Shown piece after piece: positions 28,227 to 38,231 of a stretch of 44,193 nt of DNA. The stretch is from positions 1 through 44,193 of the forward strand of contig JAGHCA010000005.1 in NCBI GenBank assembly GCA_021160725.1, given 5' to 3'. Origin of the DNA: Dehalococcoidia bacterium (lineage in GTDB: Bacteria > Chloroflexota > Dehalococcoidia > GIF9 > AB-539-J10). The translations under genes were made by a program, and so were the position numbers. Every line of letters begins with the position of its first letter. The stretch's first letter is position 1. Below the pieces are notes generated by a model that saw only the letters and a list, made by a program, of their open reading frames with translations, had not been told where the DNA came from and did no database searches.

Positions 28227-29702
28227 TCAATCCAGATAGCCTTTGAGCTTTCGGCTACGGGTGGGATGACGTAACTTGCGTAGAGCCTTGCCTTCAATCT
28301 GGCGTATTCTTTCTCGAGTTACATCGAATTCTCTGCCCACCTCTTCCAGGGTTCGAGCATGTCCGTCTTTAAGGCCAAACCTAAGCTGGAGCACCTTTTT
28401 TTCTCGTTCGGTAAGTTCATCAAGCACTTTATCTATTTGTTCTTTGAGCAGCTGGTGTGAAGTGGCTTCAGTCGGTGCTAAGCTGGTGCGGTCTTCAACG
28501 AGGTCACCTAGACGGCTATCAGCATCTTCGCCAATGGGCATGTCTAGTGACATTGGCTCACGGAAAAACAAAGCCATGACCCCTTCTACTTTTTCTGGGG
28601 GTATATTCAGGCGGCTGCCAATTTCTTCGTAAGTTGGTTCGTGTCCAAGTTCTTGAATTAACTGCCGAGTTGTGCGTAGCAACTTGTTAATTGTTTCCAC
28701 CATGTGTACTGGGATGCGAATGGTACGGGACTGGTCGGCTATAGAGCGAGTGATACCCTGCCTGATCCACCAGGTGGCATAAGTGCTGAACTTGTAGCCT
28801 TTCCTATATTGAAACTTATCTACGGCTCGGATAAGGCCAATATTTCCCTCTTGGATAAGCTCAAGTAGGGGCATGCCATGCCCGATGTATTTCTTGGCTA
28901 TGCTCACTACCAGGCGTAGGTTTGCTTCAGTGAGGTGCTTTTCTGATGCCTTTGCTTCAGTCTTTATCTTCTCAAAGTAAGCTTTGAACTCATTGCTATG
29001 AGGCTCGATTTGAGATAGGAACTCCTCGCTAGTCGAGAGGGTCTTCAACTTTTGCCATGAAATTTTATCTCGAGCCAGGAGCTCTAGCACCTGTGGGGGC
29101 AGCAGGTGACTGTTTATGGAGAGATTTACGATGGCTTCTTCGGCTGCCGTGTTTCCTTTGCCTATTCCTTTCGCGGTTGCTGCTATTAACGATGTGTCTA
29201 TAACATCATCGATGGCGGAACGCAGTTTAGGATTCTTGATTGTCGTTACCACATCGTCGGAGGGCTTGATACCAATATGCTCTTCGATAATCTGAACAAC
29301 GGGAGCTGCTTTGGATAATTGGGAAATTACGTGAATAACTATATCAACAGGTGAAGGAAATTTCTTGTGTTTTCTGAAATGGTTATCTTCGATTTTTTCT
29401 AAGCTTCTGCCCAGCTCTATCTTCCGACATAGAAACTTCTCTTCTTGGACGTTGAGAAGTGGTACTCTGCCGATTTCCTGAAGATACATACGAGCTGAGT
29501 CGTCAATTGCATCATATTCCCCTAGCGGTGGTGGAGGCTTGATTTCTTCAACTTCCTCATGGAGTAATTCTTCGTTCCCTTCACTTTCTTCAGTTTCCTC
29601 AGCTGCGGTGGTATCCTCCACTTCAGCTTCACCGCTGAGTAAGTCTTCAGCTACTACTTCATCACTATTCAGGTTGATGTTTCCTTCTTTTATTGAATCC
29701 AT
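28227..29702 (-). CDS. rpoD: Primary RNA polymerase sigma factor
   Basis: [38 protein letters not shown]...[10 protein letters not shown]. Confidence 0.96.
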   Translation of the reverse strand: MDSIKEGNINLNSDEVVAEDLLSGEAEVEDTTAAEETEESEGNEELLHEEVEEIKPPPPLGEYDAIDDSARMYLQEIGRVPLLNVQEEKFLCRKIELGRSLEKIEDNHFRKHKKFPSPVDIVIHVISQLSKAAPVVQIIEEHIGIKPSDDVVTTIKNPKLRSAIDDVIDTSLIAATAKGIGKGNTAAEEAIVNLSINSHLLPPQVLELLARDKISWQKLKTLSTSEEFLSQIEPHSNEFKAYFEKIKTEAKASEKHLTEANLRLVVSIAKKYIGHGMPLLELIQEGNIGLIRAVDKFQYRKGYKFSTYATWWIRQGITRSIADQSRTIRIPVHMVETINKLLRTTRQLIQELGHEPTYEEIGSRLNIPPEKVEGVMALFFREPMSLDMPIGEDADSRLGDLVEDRTSLAPTEATSHQLLKEQIDKVLDELTEREKKVLQLRFGLKDGHARTLEEVGREFDVTRERIRQIEGKALRKLRHPTRSRKLKGYLD

Positions 29703-31486
29703 GGTTTTTTCCCTTTTTTAACAAAGATGTCCTGAAGTTGTTGTCCGGATTTTATATCTTGCTCATCTAGTTTGGACAACTCCGAGCTTGTCCCGCCCTT
29801 TTCTCTCGCCAGCTCAAGCATCGCCTCCTTCTCAGTTTCTAATTTACGAAGAAGCTTCTCCTGTAGGCGGAGAATACAATCGCTCAAAATAGAGTGCCGT
29901 TTTTGTTCGCTTTCACGTACGATTGGCGGAAAATTTTCGTTCAACAAATAGTATAAATGTTCTAATAGGCCACTGTCAAATTGACTTTCAAGGGTCGAGA
30001 TTTCAGGAGAACGCTGCCATCCGACGAAAATCTCCCGATTTTCTGTACATTCGAAGTACTCGGGGGATAATGATAGCTCTTGAGCTAAGGGACGAAGGTC
30101 TGGGTACTGAAGGAGAAGTGCCAGGCAGTATTCTTCAACACGGCTGGACCCAAGCTGGCGGGCAAGACGAGATTGTTCTGTTGGCTTGCTAAGTTGAGGC
30201 ATTGCTCTGGCAGTCTTTAATTTCTGTAAGGCAGCTTCTATATTCGACGTTTTGATTTTTAGCGCACGAGCTAGTTTCTCCACATAATGGAATTTTTGTG
30301 TGGGATCCTTTATTTCATAAATTGAGGGCAGGAGTTTTTCTACAGCCAGAGACTTGTCCCTGGCTTTATTGATATCCACTTTGCTTAGTACAGATTGGAA
30401 GGCGAAGTCCAGAATAGGCATGGCTTGTTCTACCAGCTTCTCCCAAAGGGCAGGGTTCTCGCTTATTACCTCGTCCGGGTCCTTGCCTTGAGGTAATAGG
30501 ATAACATTTGCTTCAGCATTGGAGTAAGCTAATATGGCTCTGCCTCGTAGAGTAGCTTCTTCTCCGGCAAGGTCGGCATCGAGCGCCAGAGTTATGTTAT
30601 TAGTTAGTCTTTTAATTCTTTCTACTTGCCTTTCGGTTAAAGAAGTTCCCATTGAACCAACTACATTTTGCCAATCGTGCTGGTGAGCAGTGAGAACATC
30701 CATGTAGCCTTCTACGATTATGGCGAGGTTTTTCTTTCTAATGGCAGATTTAGCCTTATCAATGCCATACAAGATGCTACCCTTATCGAAAATTTGTGTT
30801 TGAGGGGAGTTGATATATTTAGGCAGTGAGTCATCTAAAACTCTAGCCCCGAAACCGGAGACTCGACCCCGGTCATCGCATATAGGAAACATCAGCCGAT
30901 TGCGAAATCGATCGTAACTACCGCCTTCATCCCTCTCGATTATTAGACCAGCTTCTATCAGCTCCTTTTCTGTGTAACCTTTACCCTGCAGGTAATTCTT
31001 AAGGGCTTCCCAGGCATCGGGGCTGAAACCGAGACGGAACCCTTTGATGATCTCGTGTTTGACATTTCTTTTTGACAGATAGCTTCTCGCAGCCTCGCCT
31101 GCCTTGGTGTTCAATAGTAGATGGTGATAGTATTCAGCGGCTGATTCATTAATTTGAAATAATCTCTCTTTCTTCTCATCCCTAGCCTTGTCCGATGTCT
31201 CAATGGGGCTTAAAGTTATGCCTCCCTTTTGAGCTAGGAGGCGAAGAGCTTGGCCAAAATCGATGCCCTCTTTTTTCATGATAAAAGAGAAGATATCGCC
31301 GCCAGTCCCACAGGCGCCAAAGCAATGCCAGCTTTGTTGCTCAGGAAAAACGAAAAAGGATGCATGCTTCTCACTGTGAAAGGGGCATAAGCCTTTGAAG
31401 TTACGCCCCGCTTTTTGCAGAGTAACGTACTCGGAGACAAGCTCTACTATATCTAACCTCTGCTTTATCTCTGTGATTACGCTCAT
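29690..31486 (-). CDS. dnaG: DNA primase
   Basis: CPFH...[38 protein letters not shown]. Confidence 0.97.
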   Translation of the reverse strand: MSVITEIKQRLDIVELVSEYVTLQKAGRNFKGLCPFHSEKHASFFVFPEQQSWHCFGACGTGGDIFSFIMKKEGIDFGQALRLLAQKGGITLSPIETSDKARDEKKERLFQINESAAEYYHHLLLNTKAGEAARSYLSKRNVKHEIIKGFRLGFSPDAWEALKNYLQGKGYTEKELIEAGLIIERDEGGSYDRFRNRLMFPICDDRGRVSGFGARVLDDSLPKYINSPQTQIFDKGSILYGIDKAKSAIRKKNLAIIVEGYMDVLTAHQHDWQNVVGSMGTSLTERQVERIKRLTNNITLALDADLAGEEATLRGRAILAYSNAEANVILLPQGKDPDEVISENPALWEKLVEQAMPILDFAFQSVLSKVDINKARDKSLAVEKLLPSIYEIKDPTQKFHYVEKLARALKIKTSNIEAALQKLKTARAMPQLSKPTEQSRLARQLGSSRVEEYCLALLLQYPDLRPLAQELSLSPEYFECTENREIFVGWQRSPEISTLESQFDSGLLEHLYYLLNENFPPIVRESEQKRHSILSDCILRLQEKLLRKLETEKEAMLELAREKGGTSSELSKLDEQDIKSGQQLQDIFVKKGKKPWIQ

Positions 31487-31493
31487 TTAGTAT

Positions 31494-31613
31494 AAATTCC
31501 AAATCTTAATATCTAAATCCTAAACAAATTCGAGTTTCTAAATTCAAACCCTCTCATATTTTAGTCATTGGGTTTGGATATTGTTTAGCATTTTGTATTT
31601 AGTGTTTAGGATT
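31494..31613. repeat. Family A heptamer palindrome, copy 4
   Basis: Reverse complement aaatcctaaacactaaatacaaaatgctaaacaatatc...aatgactaaaa...tttgtttaggatttagata matches copy 3. Confidence 0.85.
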
Positions 31614-31635
31614 TTCTCTTTATTGTGTCTTACCC

Positions 31636-32685
31636 TTACGTATTTAGTTCCTGGGATATTTCTTCAGCTAATCTTAGCGCATATTGGTCGGTCATCCCGG
31701 CAATATAATCAATGACTTTGCGTTCCCTGCCATCCGGCAAAGAGGTAAACTCTCGAGGTAGGCTATCCTCGTGCTCCAGGAAATGAGAATATAACAGGCG
31801 CAGTGCCCTTTCTGCTTTTACTGCATCCTCACCCGCCAAGCTGGGATAATATACTTTGTCAAATAGAAACTGGCGGAGTAGGTTGGTTGCCCTGAGGATA
31901 TCGGGGCTCATGCCTATAGTTGGGTTGGTTAAATTGCCATTGCCACTGACAGGCCAGGAGCAGTTTATGATGTCACAAACCATGGTATTAATTCGCTGTG
32001 AATGCTCCTGTCCCAGAGTTGCTACTACTGGCTTGGGCAAATCATTATGAGAGATAATATGAGCTCTTATGGCATCTTCGACGTCATGGTTAACGTAGGC
32101 CACGATATCGGCTATCTTGCATATTTGACCCTCCAGAGTATTGACATTTCCCCATTCCGCTCCTAAGATCTCAGCTTGCCCCTTGGAGTGATTGAGGATG
32201 CCGTCTCGTACTTCCCAGGTGAGATTTAACCCTTGTCCCTCCTTCTCCAGTAAGTCAACTACTCGTAAGCTTTGTTCATTATGCTTGAATCCGCCGTGAT
32301 ACAACTCATTTAAAACCTTCTCGCCTATATGACCAAAAGGCGTATGTCCCAGGTCGTGTCCCAAGGCGATAGCCTCCGTGAGGTCTTCGTTGAGATTTAG
32401 AGCTCGGGATATAGTTCTGGCTATTTGAGATACTTCCAGGGTATGAGTAAGCCTGGTGACATAATGGTCACCCAGGGGAGCAATAAAGACCTGTGTCTTA
32501 TGTTTCAACCGACGGAAAGCCTTGGAATGGATAATGCGGTCACGGTCGCGTTGAAAACTGGTCCTTATGGGGCATGGCTCTTCCCATTTCAGCCGACCAC
32601 GACTGAACTTACTCTTAGAGGCATAAGGGGAAAGGGCTTCCTCCTTCTTCTCTGTTTGCTCGCGTATACTGGGTTTGTTAACCAT
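31636..32685 (-). CDS. dgt: Deoxyguanosinetriphosphate triphosphohydrolase (HD family)
   Basis: FQRDRDRIIHSKAFRRL.HKTQV, TRLTHTLEV, HDLGHTPFGH, DYIAGMTD. Confidence 0.93.
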   Translation of the reverse strand: MVNKPSIREQTEKKEEALSPYASKSKFSRGRLKWEEPCPIRTSFQRDRDRIIHSKAFRRLKHKTQVFIAPLGDHYVTRLTHTLEVSQIARTISRALNLNEDLTEAIALGHDLGHTPFGHIGEKVLNELYHGGFKHNEQSLRVVDLLEKEGQGLNLTWEVRDGILNHSKGQAEILGAEWGNVNTLEGQICKIADIVAYVNHDVEDAIRAHIISHNDLPKPVVATLGQEHSQRINTMVCDIINCSWPVSGNGNLTNPTIGMSPDILRATNLLRQFLFDKVYYPSLAGEDAVKAERALRLLYSHFLEHEDSLPREFTSLPDGRERKVIDYIAGMTDQYALRLAEEISQELNT

Positions 32686-32752
32686 AGAATCACTATAAAC
32701 ACAGTAAGTCGAGGTAAAATCTTTGATTTATAGAAGCGGTGTCCTCACACGC

Positions 32753-35176
32753 TCACGTGCCTTTTCTTTTGCTTCTTGACTTTATCCTATCTTCTACCGC
32801 TGCAATATTTAGCCTCGTCGACAATATCACATCCGGGTTCAAAGAAATTGAATCTATTCCACATTCAACTAAGTAGTCGGCAAATTCGGGGAAATCACTC
32901 GGTGCCTGCCCACATATCCCTACCTTTCTCCTTGGTTTATGACGGTGTGCAATATCTATGACTTGTTTTACCAGTCTTTTTACCGCTTCATTCCTTTCAT
33001 CAAATATGTGTGCCACGAGTTCGGAATCCCTATCTAAACCAAGAGTTAACTGTGTTAAGTCGTTCGACCCTATGCTGAACCCGTCAAACACACTGGCGAA
33101 CTCTTCAGCTAAAATCACATTTGACGGTATCTCGCACATCACATACACTTCCAATTCGTTTTCTCCTTGCGCTAAGCCAAACTCTGCCATGGCTTTTATC
33201 ACTTTTCTCCCTTCCTCTGGCGTTCGGCAAAAAGGAACCATCACCTTCACATTGGTCAATCCCATTACATCTCTTACTTTCTTTATTGCCTGGCATTCTA
33301 AACCAAAGGCAGGCTTGAATTTTGCATCATAATAGCGAGATGCTCCTCTCCAGCCTATCATTGGGTTTCTTTCCTCCGGCTCATAGCGATATCCACCGAC
33401 TAAATTGGCATATTCATTTGTCCTGAAGTCTGAAAACCTGACGATGACCTCGTTGGGATAAAACCCTGCCGCGATCTTCGCTATTCCCATTGCCAGGGTG
33501 TCAATGAAAAACTCCCTTTTATCCTCATATGATGCGCTTCTCTTATCTATCTCTTCAATTACTTTTGCCAATTTCTCGTCAGTACGTGCTGCTTTTTTCA
33601 GTTCAGCATATTCTATAAGCGCCATAGGATGTATGCCGATATAAGAGTTGATGATGAACTCTTCTCGGGCTAATCCCACACCGTCATTGGGAATTTGGCT
33701 TTGAATGAATGCACCATCGGGAATGCCGAAGTTCATCATTATTTTGGTATCGGGTCTGGGGAGCTTACTCACCTCGATTTCCTCTATCCTGTATTTCAAT
33801 TTTCCTTCGTATATCTTACCCCTACCCTGGGAACAATCTACAGTAACTTGCTTGACCTTCCTCAAGACCTCTGTTCCTTTGCCTGTGCTAATTACACAGG
33901 GTACTCCCAGCTCCCGACTGACGATAGCTGCATGGCATGTCCTGCCGCCTTTGTTTGTAACTATGGCGCTAGCAACCTTCATTATCGGTTCCCAATCAGG
34001 ATCTGTCATATCAGTAACTAAAACTTGACCCTTCTTGAATTTGTGGATTTCACTACTACTTTCTATTATATTCACCTCGCCTTGTCCTATCCTTGTACCT
34101 ACTGCTTCCCCTGTCAGCAGTAGTTTTCCCGCTTCTTCAAGTACATAAGTCTTGAGTGAAGCCATGTCCATTTGTGAATACACTGTCTCAGGACGGGCCT
34201 GGACTATGAAAAGTTCTCCGGTTACCCCATCCTTTGCCCATTCAATATCCATGGGCGTGTCATAATGTTCTTCTATAATACAAGCCCATCTGGCGAGAGT
34301 TAGAACCTCATTGTCATTCAACGCGAATTTTCTTTGCTCCCCAACCTTGACTTCTTGTTGCTCCGTGCCAGTTCCATCTCCCTTGTACACCAACTTCTTT
34401 TCCTTCGTCCCCAGCTTCTTCTCCACAATGGGACTGAACCCTTCCTTCAGAGTGGGCTTGAAAACGTAAAACTGGTCAGGGTTAACCACTCCCTGTACCA
34501 CATTCTCTCCCAGCCCGTAGGCAGCGGTTATGTACACCACGTCTCTGAAACCTGATTCCGGGTCCATGGAAAATATGACACCGGAGCAGGCTAAATCAGA
34601 ACGAACCATCTTTTACACCCCCACCGATAGGTAAACGCTGAGGTGGTCAAATCCTTTATCTACACGGTAGGAGATTGACCGGTTTGTGAACAAAGATGAA
34701 AAGCAGTCCATGACCTTTCCCACAAGTTCCTCTTCTCCCCGCACATTCAGGTAAGTCGTCTGTTGACCAGCAAATGAAGCAGTGGGCAGGTCTTCAGCAG
34801 TGGCACTGCTTCTGACTGCAACATCAACGTTCCTGCCGTACTTTCTTTCCATCTCGCGATAAGCAGCTCTTATTTCCTCCTCCAATTCTTTAGGGCAGTC
34901 AGAATTTGCTATTAAATCCCTTATCTTTTCGCCCCTCTCTGCCAGGTTTTCCATATTATATGTATCCAGGCCCGCTAAAATGTCCTTGATTTTTGGTTTT
35001 ATGCCTGCTTTCTCTAGCACATACTTATATGCTTCGGCAGTAATGGCGAATCCCGAGGGTACATTTACCCCTTTCTTATCCAGATTTCTTATCATTTCAC
35101 CAAGAGATGCGTTTTTACCACCGACTAAAGCTACATCTCCTGCTCCAAGTTCTTCAAACCATTTCACAAATTTCAT
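32753..35176 (-). pseudogene. ppsA: Phosphoenolpyruvate synthase interrupted by one in-frame TAA (34613-34615)
   Basis: VGGKNASLGEM, VRSSATAEDLP, GGRTCHAAIVSRE, FSIGSNDLTQ, GICGQ; the junction reads SVGV*KMVRSD with both halves in the same frame. Confidence 0.85.
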
Positions 35177-35291
35177 AGTCCCTCCTCCGATTCGTGAAGT
35201 ATGGTAGTACTCCCCAAATCATTCAACTAAATCCGCTCCTTGCTTAGGAGCAGTAAAACCTGAAAACAGAATTATATTGTATCATTTTCAG

Positions 35292-35321
35292 CAAGAACGG
35301 AAGAAGAGGCAAGATGCCTCT
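35292..35321 (-). terminator. Possible intrinsic terminator after ruvA
   Basis: agaggca/tgcctct stem followed by a weak pyrimidine tail on the minus strand. Confidence 0.3.
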
Positions 35322-35345
35322 CCTGCTTGGGCCTACTAAGGTCAG

Positions 35346-35927
35346 CTACCCTTTTGCCATCTGCTGCAGCGCCATTTTAATCTTCTCTTCTAAACTTAGC
35401 TCCTTAGAATCTGGAAGCTTGGAGACAGCATTGGTGGCTTCTGTTAGTGAATAACCCAGGCCAGTTAAGGCAGCTATGGTATCAGCACTCTCCTGGCCTA
35501 AGGGCAGGGCTACATCTTTCCACTCCTTTTCCAACTTGCCTCTGAGTTCAACAACAAGCCGGCTGGCAATTTTCTTACCGATGCCGGGCACTTGGCTAAT
35601 GAGGTCGATGTTGCCGCTGCTTATAGCCATAATCAGTTGTTCGGGCTTCAAAGCGGAGAGCAGACCCAAAGCCGCCTTGGGACCAATGCCTGAGACAGAA
35701 ATGAGGTTTTGAAATAAAGCCAATTCCTCGCCGGAGGCAAAGCCATAAAGAGAAACATTATCCTCCCTGAGGTGGAGATGAGTATAGAGGGAAATCTTGC
35801 CTTTAACAGCTCCTAATTGGCTTAAAGTGGAACCGGGGACATATACCTGAAAACCTATCCCACCGACATTAAGGATGATAGAATCGGTACCACGATATTC
35901 CAGTATTCCTTCTAATGTGGCTATCAT
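35346..35927 (-). CDS. ruvA: Holliday junction branch migration protein RuvA
   Basis: LYGF, VSGIGPKAAL, VPGIGKKIA, ALTGLGY. Confidence 0.96.
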   Translation of the reverse strand: MIATLEGILEYRGTDSIILNVGGIGFQVYVPGSTLSQLGAVKGKISLYTHLHLREDNVSLYGFASGEELALFQNLISVSGIGPKAALGLLSALKPEQLIMAISSGNIDLISQVPGIGKKIASRLVVELRGKLEKEWKDVALPLGQESADTIAALTGLGYSLTEATNAVSKLPDSKELSLEEKIKMALQQMAKG

Positions 35928-36424
35928 TTTGGCGTATGTTCAGTGAGCCATCGGTTCAGCCGGCTCTGTTGAATGTGGCAAATGGCTACAGCCAGGGCAT
36001 CAGCAGCATCGCTGGGCTGAGGTAGCTCGGAGAGACCAAGCTGGATTCTCACCATTTCCTGAACCTGTTGTTTATCGCTTTGTCCATAGTTAGTGATCTG
36101 CTGCTTTATCCTGGCTGGTGGGTAGTAGTAAACTGGCAATTCCTGGTTGACTGCTGCCAGGATAGCTATAGCCTGTGCTCTGCCGATGGCAAATGCTGAC
36201 CTTATGTTATGGCCGATAAAAGGGTCTTCGATAGCTACTTCGCTTGGTTTATACTTAGCGATAATTTTGCTTAATTCGGCGTATAGAGAACGTAACCTCT
36301 CCTCCATGGGGGTTTGTGGTGAGAGATTAATCACCCCGCAATCTACCATATGTATTTCCTCTTCGCCATCTACTACACCGTAGCCCAAATTGATAGTGCC
36401 GGGGTCAACGCCAAGAGTGCGCAT
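35924..36424 (-). CDS. ruvC: Holliday junction resolvase RuvC
   Basis: GVDPG...GYGVV, AIE, DAADALAVAICH. Confidence 0.96.
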   Translation of the reverse strand: MRTLGVDPGTINLGYGVVDGEEEIHMVDCGVINLSPQTPMEERLRSLYAELSKIIAKYKPSEVAIEDPFIGHNIRSAFAIGRAQAIAILAAVNQELPVYYYPPARIKQQITNYGQSDKQQVQEMVRIQLGLSELPQPSDAADALAVAICHIQQSRLNRWLTEHTPK

Positions 36425-36425
36425 G

Positions 36426-37178
36426 TCAGGTCTGGCTGCTCAGCCTTTCTAGAGTAGTCTCAGCAACATCAATATTGGAAAACACACGCTGCACATCTTC
36501 TAATTCTTCCAGCTGGTCAAGGAAATTCAGGGCTTGAATTGCTTTGTTTTCTTCCAGCAGCACCGTAGTCTTAGGTGTTAGGGAGAGCTCTGCCGAAATC
36601 ACATGTTCTTTCTCCTCAATAACCTTTCTCACTTCTTCTAAATCCTCAGGTTGCGTGTAAATCTCTACATAACCTTTCTCGGTCTTGACATCTTCAGCCC
36701 CGGCATCAATAGCTTGTAGCGCTATTTCTTCAGCATCTTTGGCATCGGTTTCTACGGTGATTACTCCTCTATTCTCGAAGAGCCAGGAGACGCAGCCACT
36801 CTCTCCGAGATTACCACCGTAGCGGGTGAAGAGTCGGCGCACCTCCTGGACGGTGCGATTACGGTTATCGCTCAACGCTTCTACCATGACTGCTATGCCG
36901 TTTGGACCATAGCCTTCGAGTTTCATTTCAATTAAGGCAGATGCATCAGACTCGCCACTGCCCCGCTTTATGGCTCTCTCGATGTTCTCCGAAGGCATGT
37001 TATTATCACGGGCTTTCTGAACTGCTAAACGTAGCTGTAAATTGCTTTCTAAATTGGCTCCGCCTTGACGAACAGCAACCGTGATTTCTCGAGCAAGCTT
37101 GGTAAACAATTGCCCGCGCCTGGCATCAGCTACCCCCTTTTGTCGCTTAATCTGCGCCCACTTAGAATGTCCTGACAT
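36426..37178 (-). CDS. yebC: YebC/PmpR family protein
   Basis: MSGHSKWAQIK, EGYGP, DNRNRT, DVQRVFSN. Confidence 0.96.
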   Translation of the reverse strand: MSGHSKWAQIKRQKGVADARRGQLFTKLAREITVAVRQGGANLESNLQLRLAVQKARDNNMPSENIERAIKRGSGESDASALIEMKLEGYGPNGIAVMVEALSDNRNRTVQEVRRLFTRYGGNLGESGCVSWLFENRGVITVETDAKDAEEIALQAIDAGAEDVKTEKGYVEIYTQPEDLEEVRKVIEEKEHVISAELSLTPKTTVLLEENKAIQALNFLDQLEELEDVQRVFSNIDVAETTLERLSSQT

Positions 37179-37310
37179 CGCTATCCTTTATATCATATTT
37201 TATCACTGCAACACCTAAAAGGGAAAGCAAATATCACGTCGCAAAGCAAACAACTTGACAGCATCGGCAATATCATGCCAAATCTATCGTAATAGGCAGG
37301 TTCTGGAAAA

Positions 37311-37392
37311 CTTCGCCTCTTGGGATAAGAAGGGTTAAGGGTAGTTGTGAAATTCTCCCTCTTAAGGCAAGAGGGGCTAGGGGAGTTACGAA
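37311..37392. repeat. Two tandem degenerate family B REP-like units
   Basis: cgcctcttgggataagaagggttaagggtagttgtga and ctccctcttaaggcaagaggggctaggggagttacga; similar to 4468-4503. Confidence 0.6.
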
Positions 37393-37480
37393 CTAAATGA
37401 CAGCATAAATTAGCTGTGAGCTAGTCGCTCGCAGGGGCTGTTTTTTCATTTCCAAAAAGAATAACTTCCTATCGTTTTTA

Positions 37481-37531
37481 ACCACACGCAGCTACACTTA
37501 ACCTTTCTATAATCCCTCCCTAGCTTTGTCC
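37481..37531. repeat. 51-bp direct repeat, copy downstream of hicA
   Basis: 42/51 identical to 38085-38135, ungapped, counted by hand. Confidence 0.8.
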
Positions 37532-37557
37532 GCCCTTGGGGAAGAAGCCTTGCTTAT

Positions 37558-37778
37558 TCAAAGCTCTAGGAATTTTTCTATGTTTAATCCAGCCTGGCGT
37601 AGAATAGCTCGTGGCGTTCCTTCAGGTAAATCGCCGGGGTGGTGAGGTACTGTAGTACGAGCGCGGGTTTGAGGATTCCACCATATTTACTTCCTTTCGC
37701 CTGACGATCGAAGATGAAACCTGCCTGTCTTAACTTACGGATGACTTCGTCTGCGCTGAAGCCAGCTAGCCTTCCCAT
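37558..37778 (-). pseudogene. hicA: HicA toxin, frameshifted
   Basis: MGRL...EVIRKLRQAGFIFDRQAKGS, then a shifted frame IWWNPQTRARTTVPHHPGDLPEGTPRAILRQAGLNIEKFLEL*. Confidence 0.88.
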
Positions 37779-38023
37779 CAGGATACGCTTACTGGAATAC
37801 GGGCTTCGCCGCTTGCTGGAGCAGCAGCTTGTAGCTTAGGTGGAAGCCCATCACCGTGTTCCAAATAGGACTCTATAAGCTTACGAGCCACATCCTGTGC
37901 AATCTCCAGGGTTTCTGTGACAGTTCGTCCTTGAGCTACCAAGCCAGGCAGCTCTTCACTGGTAGCCAAAAACCCACCTTCTGGTAAGGGCTCCAAGTGA
38001 ACCTCCAGAAATATTTCCCTCAT
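37778..38023 (-). CDS. hicB: HicB-family antitoxin (short form)
   Basis: EGGFLATSEELPGLVAQGRTVTETLEIAQD; TGATG overlap with hicA; GGAGG RBS. Confidence 0.9.
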   Translation of the reverse strand: MREIFLEVHLEPLPEGGFLATSEELPGLVAQGRTVTETLEIAQDVARKLIESYLEHGDGLPPKLQAAAPASGEARIPVSVS

Positions 38024-38084
38024 GCATTATCCTCCAAAGCTGTTGCCTAAATAGTATATCATATAGCATAATGCTGAGCCTCTC

Positions 38085-38135
38085 ACCACACACAGTTACA
38101 CTTAATCTTTCCATAATCCATCCCCAGTTTCGCCC
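38085..38135. repeat. 51-bp direct repeat, copy upstream of hicB
   Basis: accacacacagttacacttaatctttccataatccatcccc... versus 37481-37531. Confidence 0.8.
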
Positions 38136-38231
38136 ATATTATTTTCATTTTATAGCCTCTTGCCAGAGCTGGTGGAGGAGGCGCTGGCGAAGTCTGGGGT
38201 CGAGGATTTATGCCAAATCACAAATTCTTCC

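Noticed and set aside
28950-29420. Long insertion between sigma regions 1.2 and 2 in rpoD
   Set aside because: Consistent with the ordinary non-conserved region of primary sigma factors; no intein termini.
34613-34615. Stop-codon reassignment, selenocysteine or pyrrolysine as an explanation for the ppsA stop
   Set aside because: The codon is TAA, which serves as a true stop in many genes here and is not a Sec or Pyl codon.
35177-35345. No ruvB after ruvC-ruvA
   Set aside because: ruvB is unlinked in many bacteria; not unusual.
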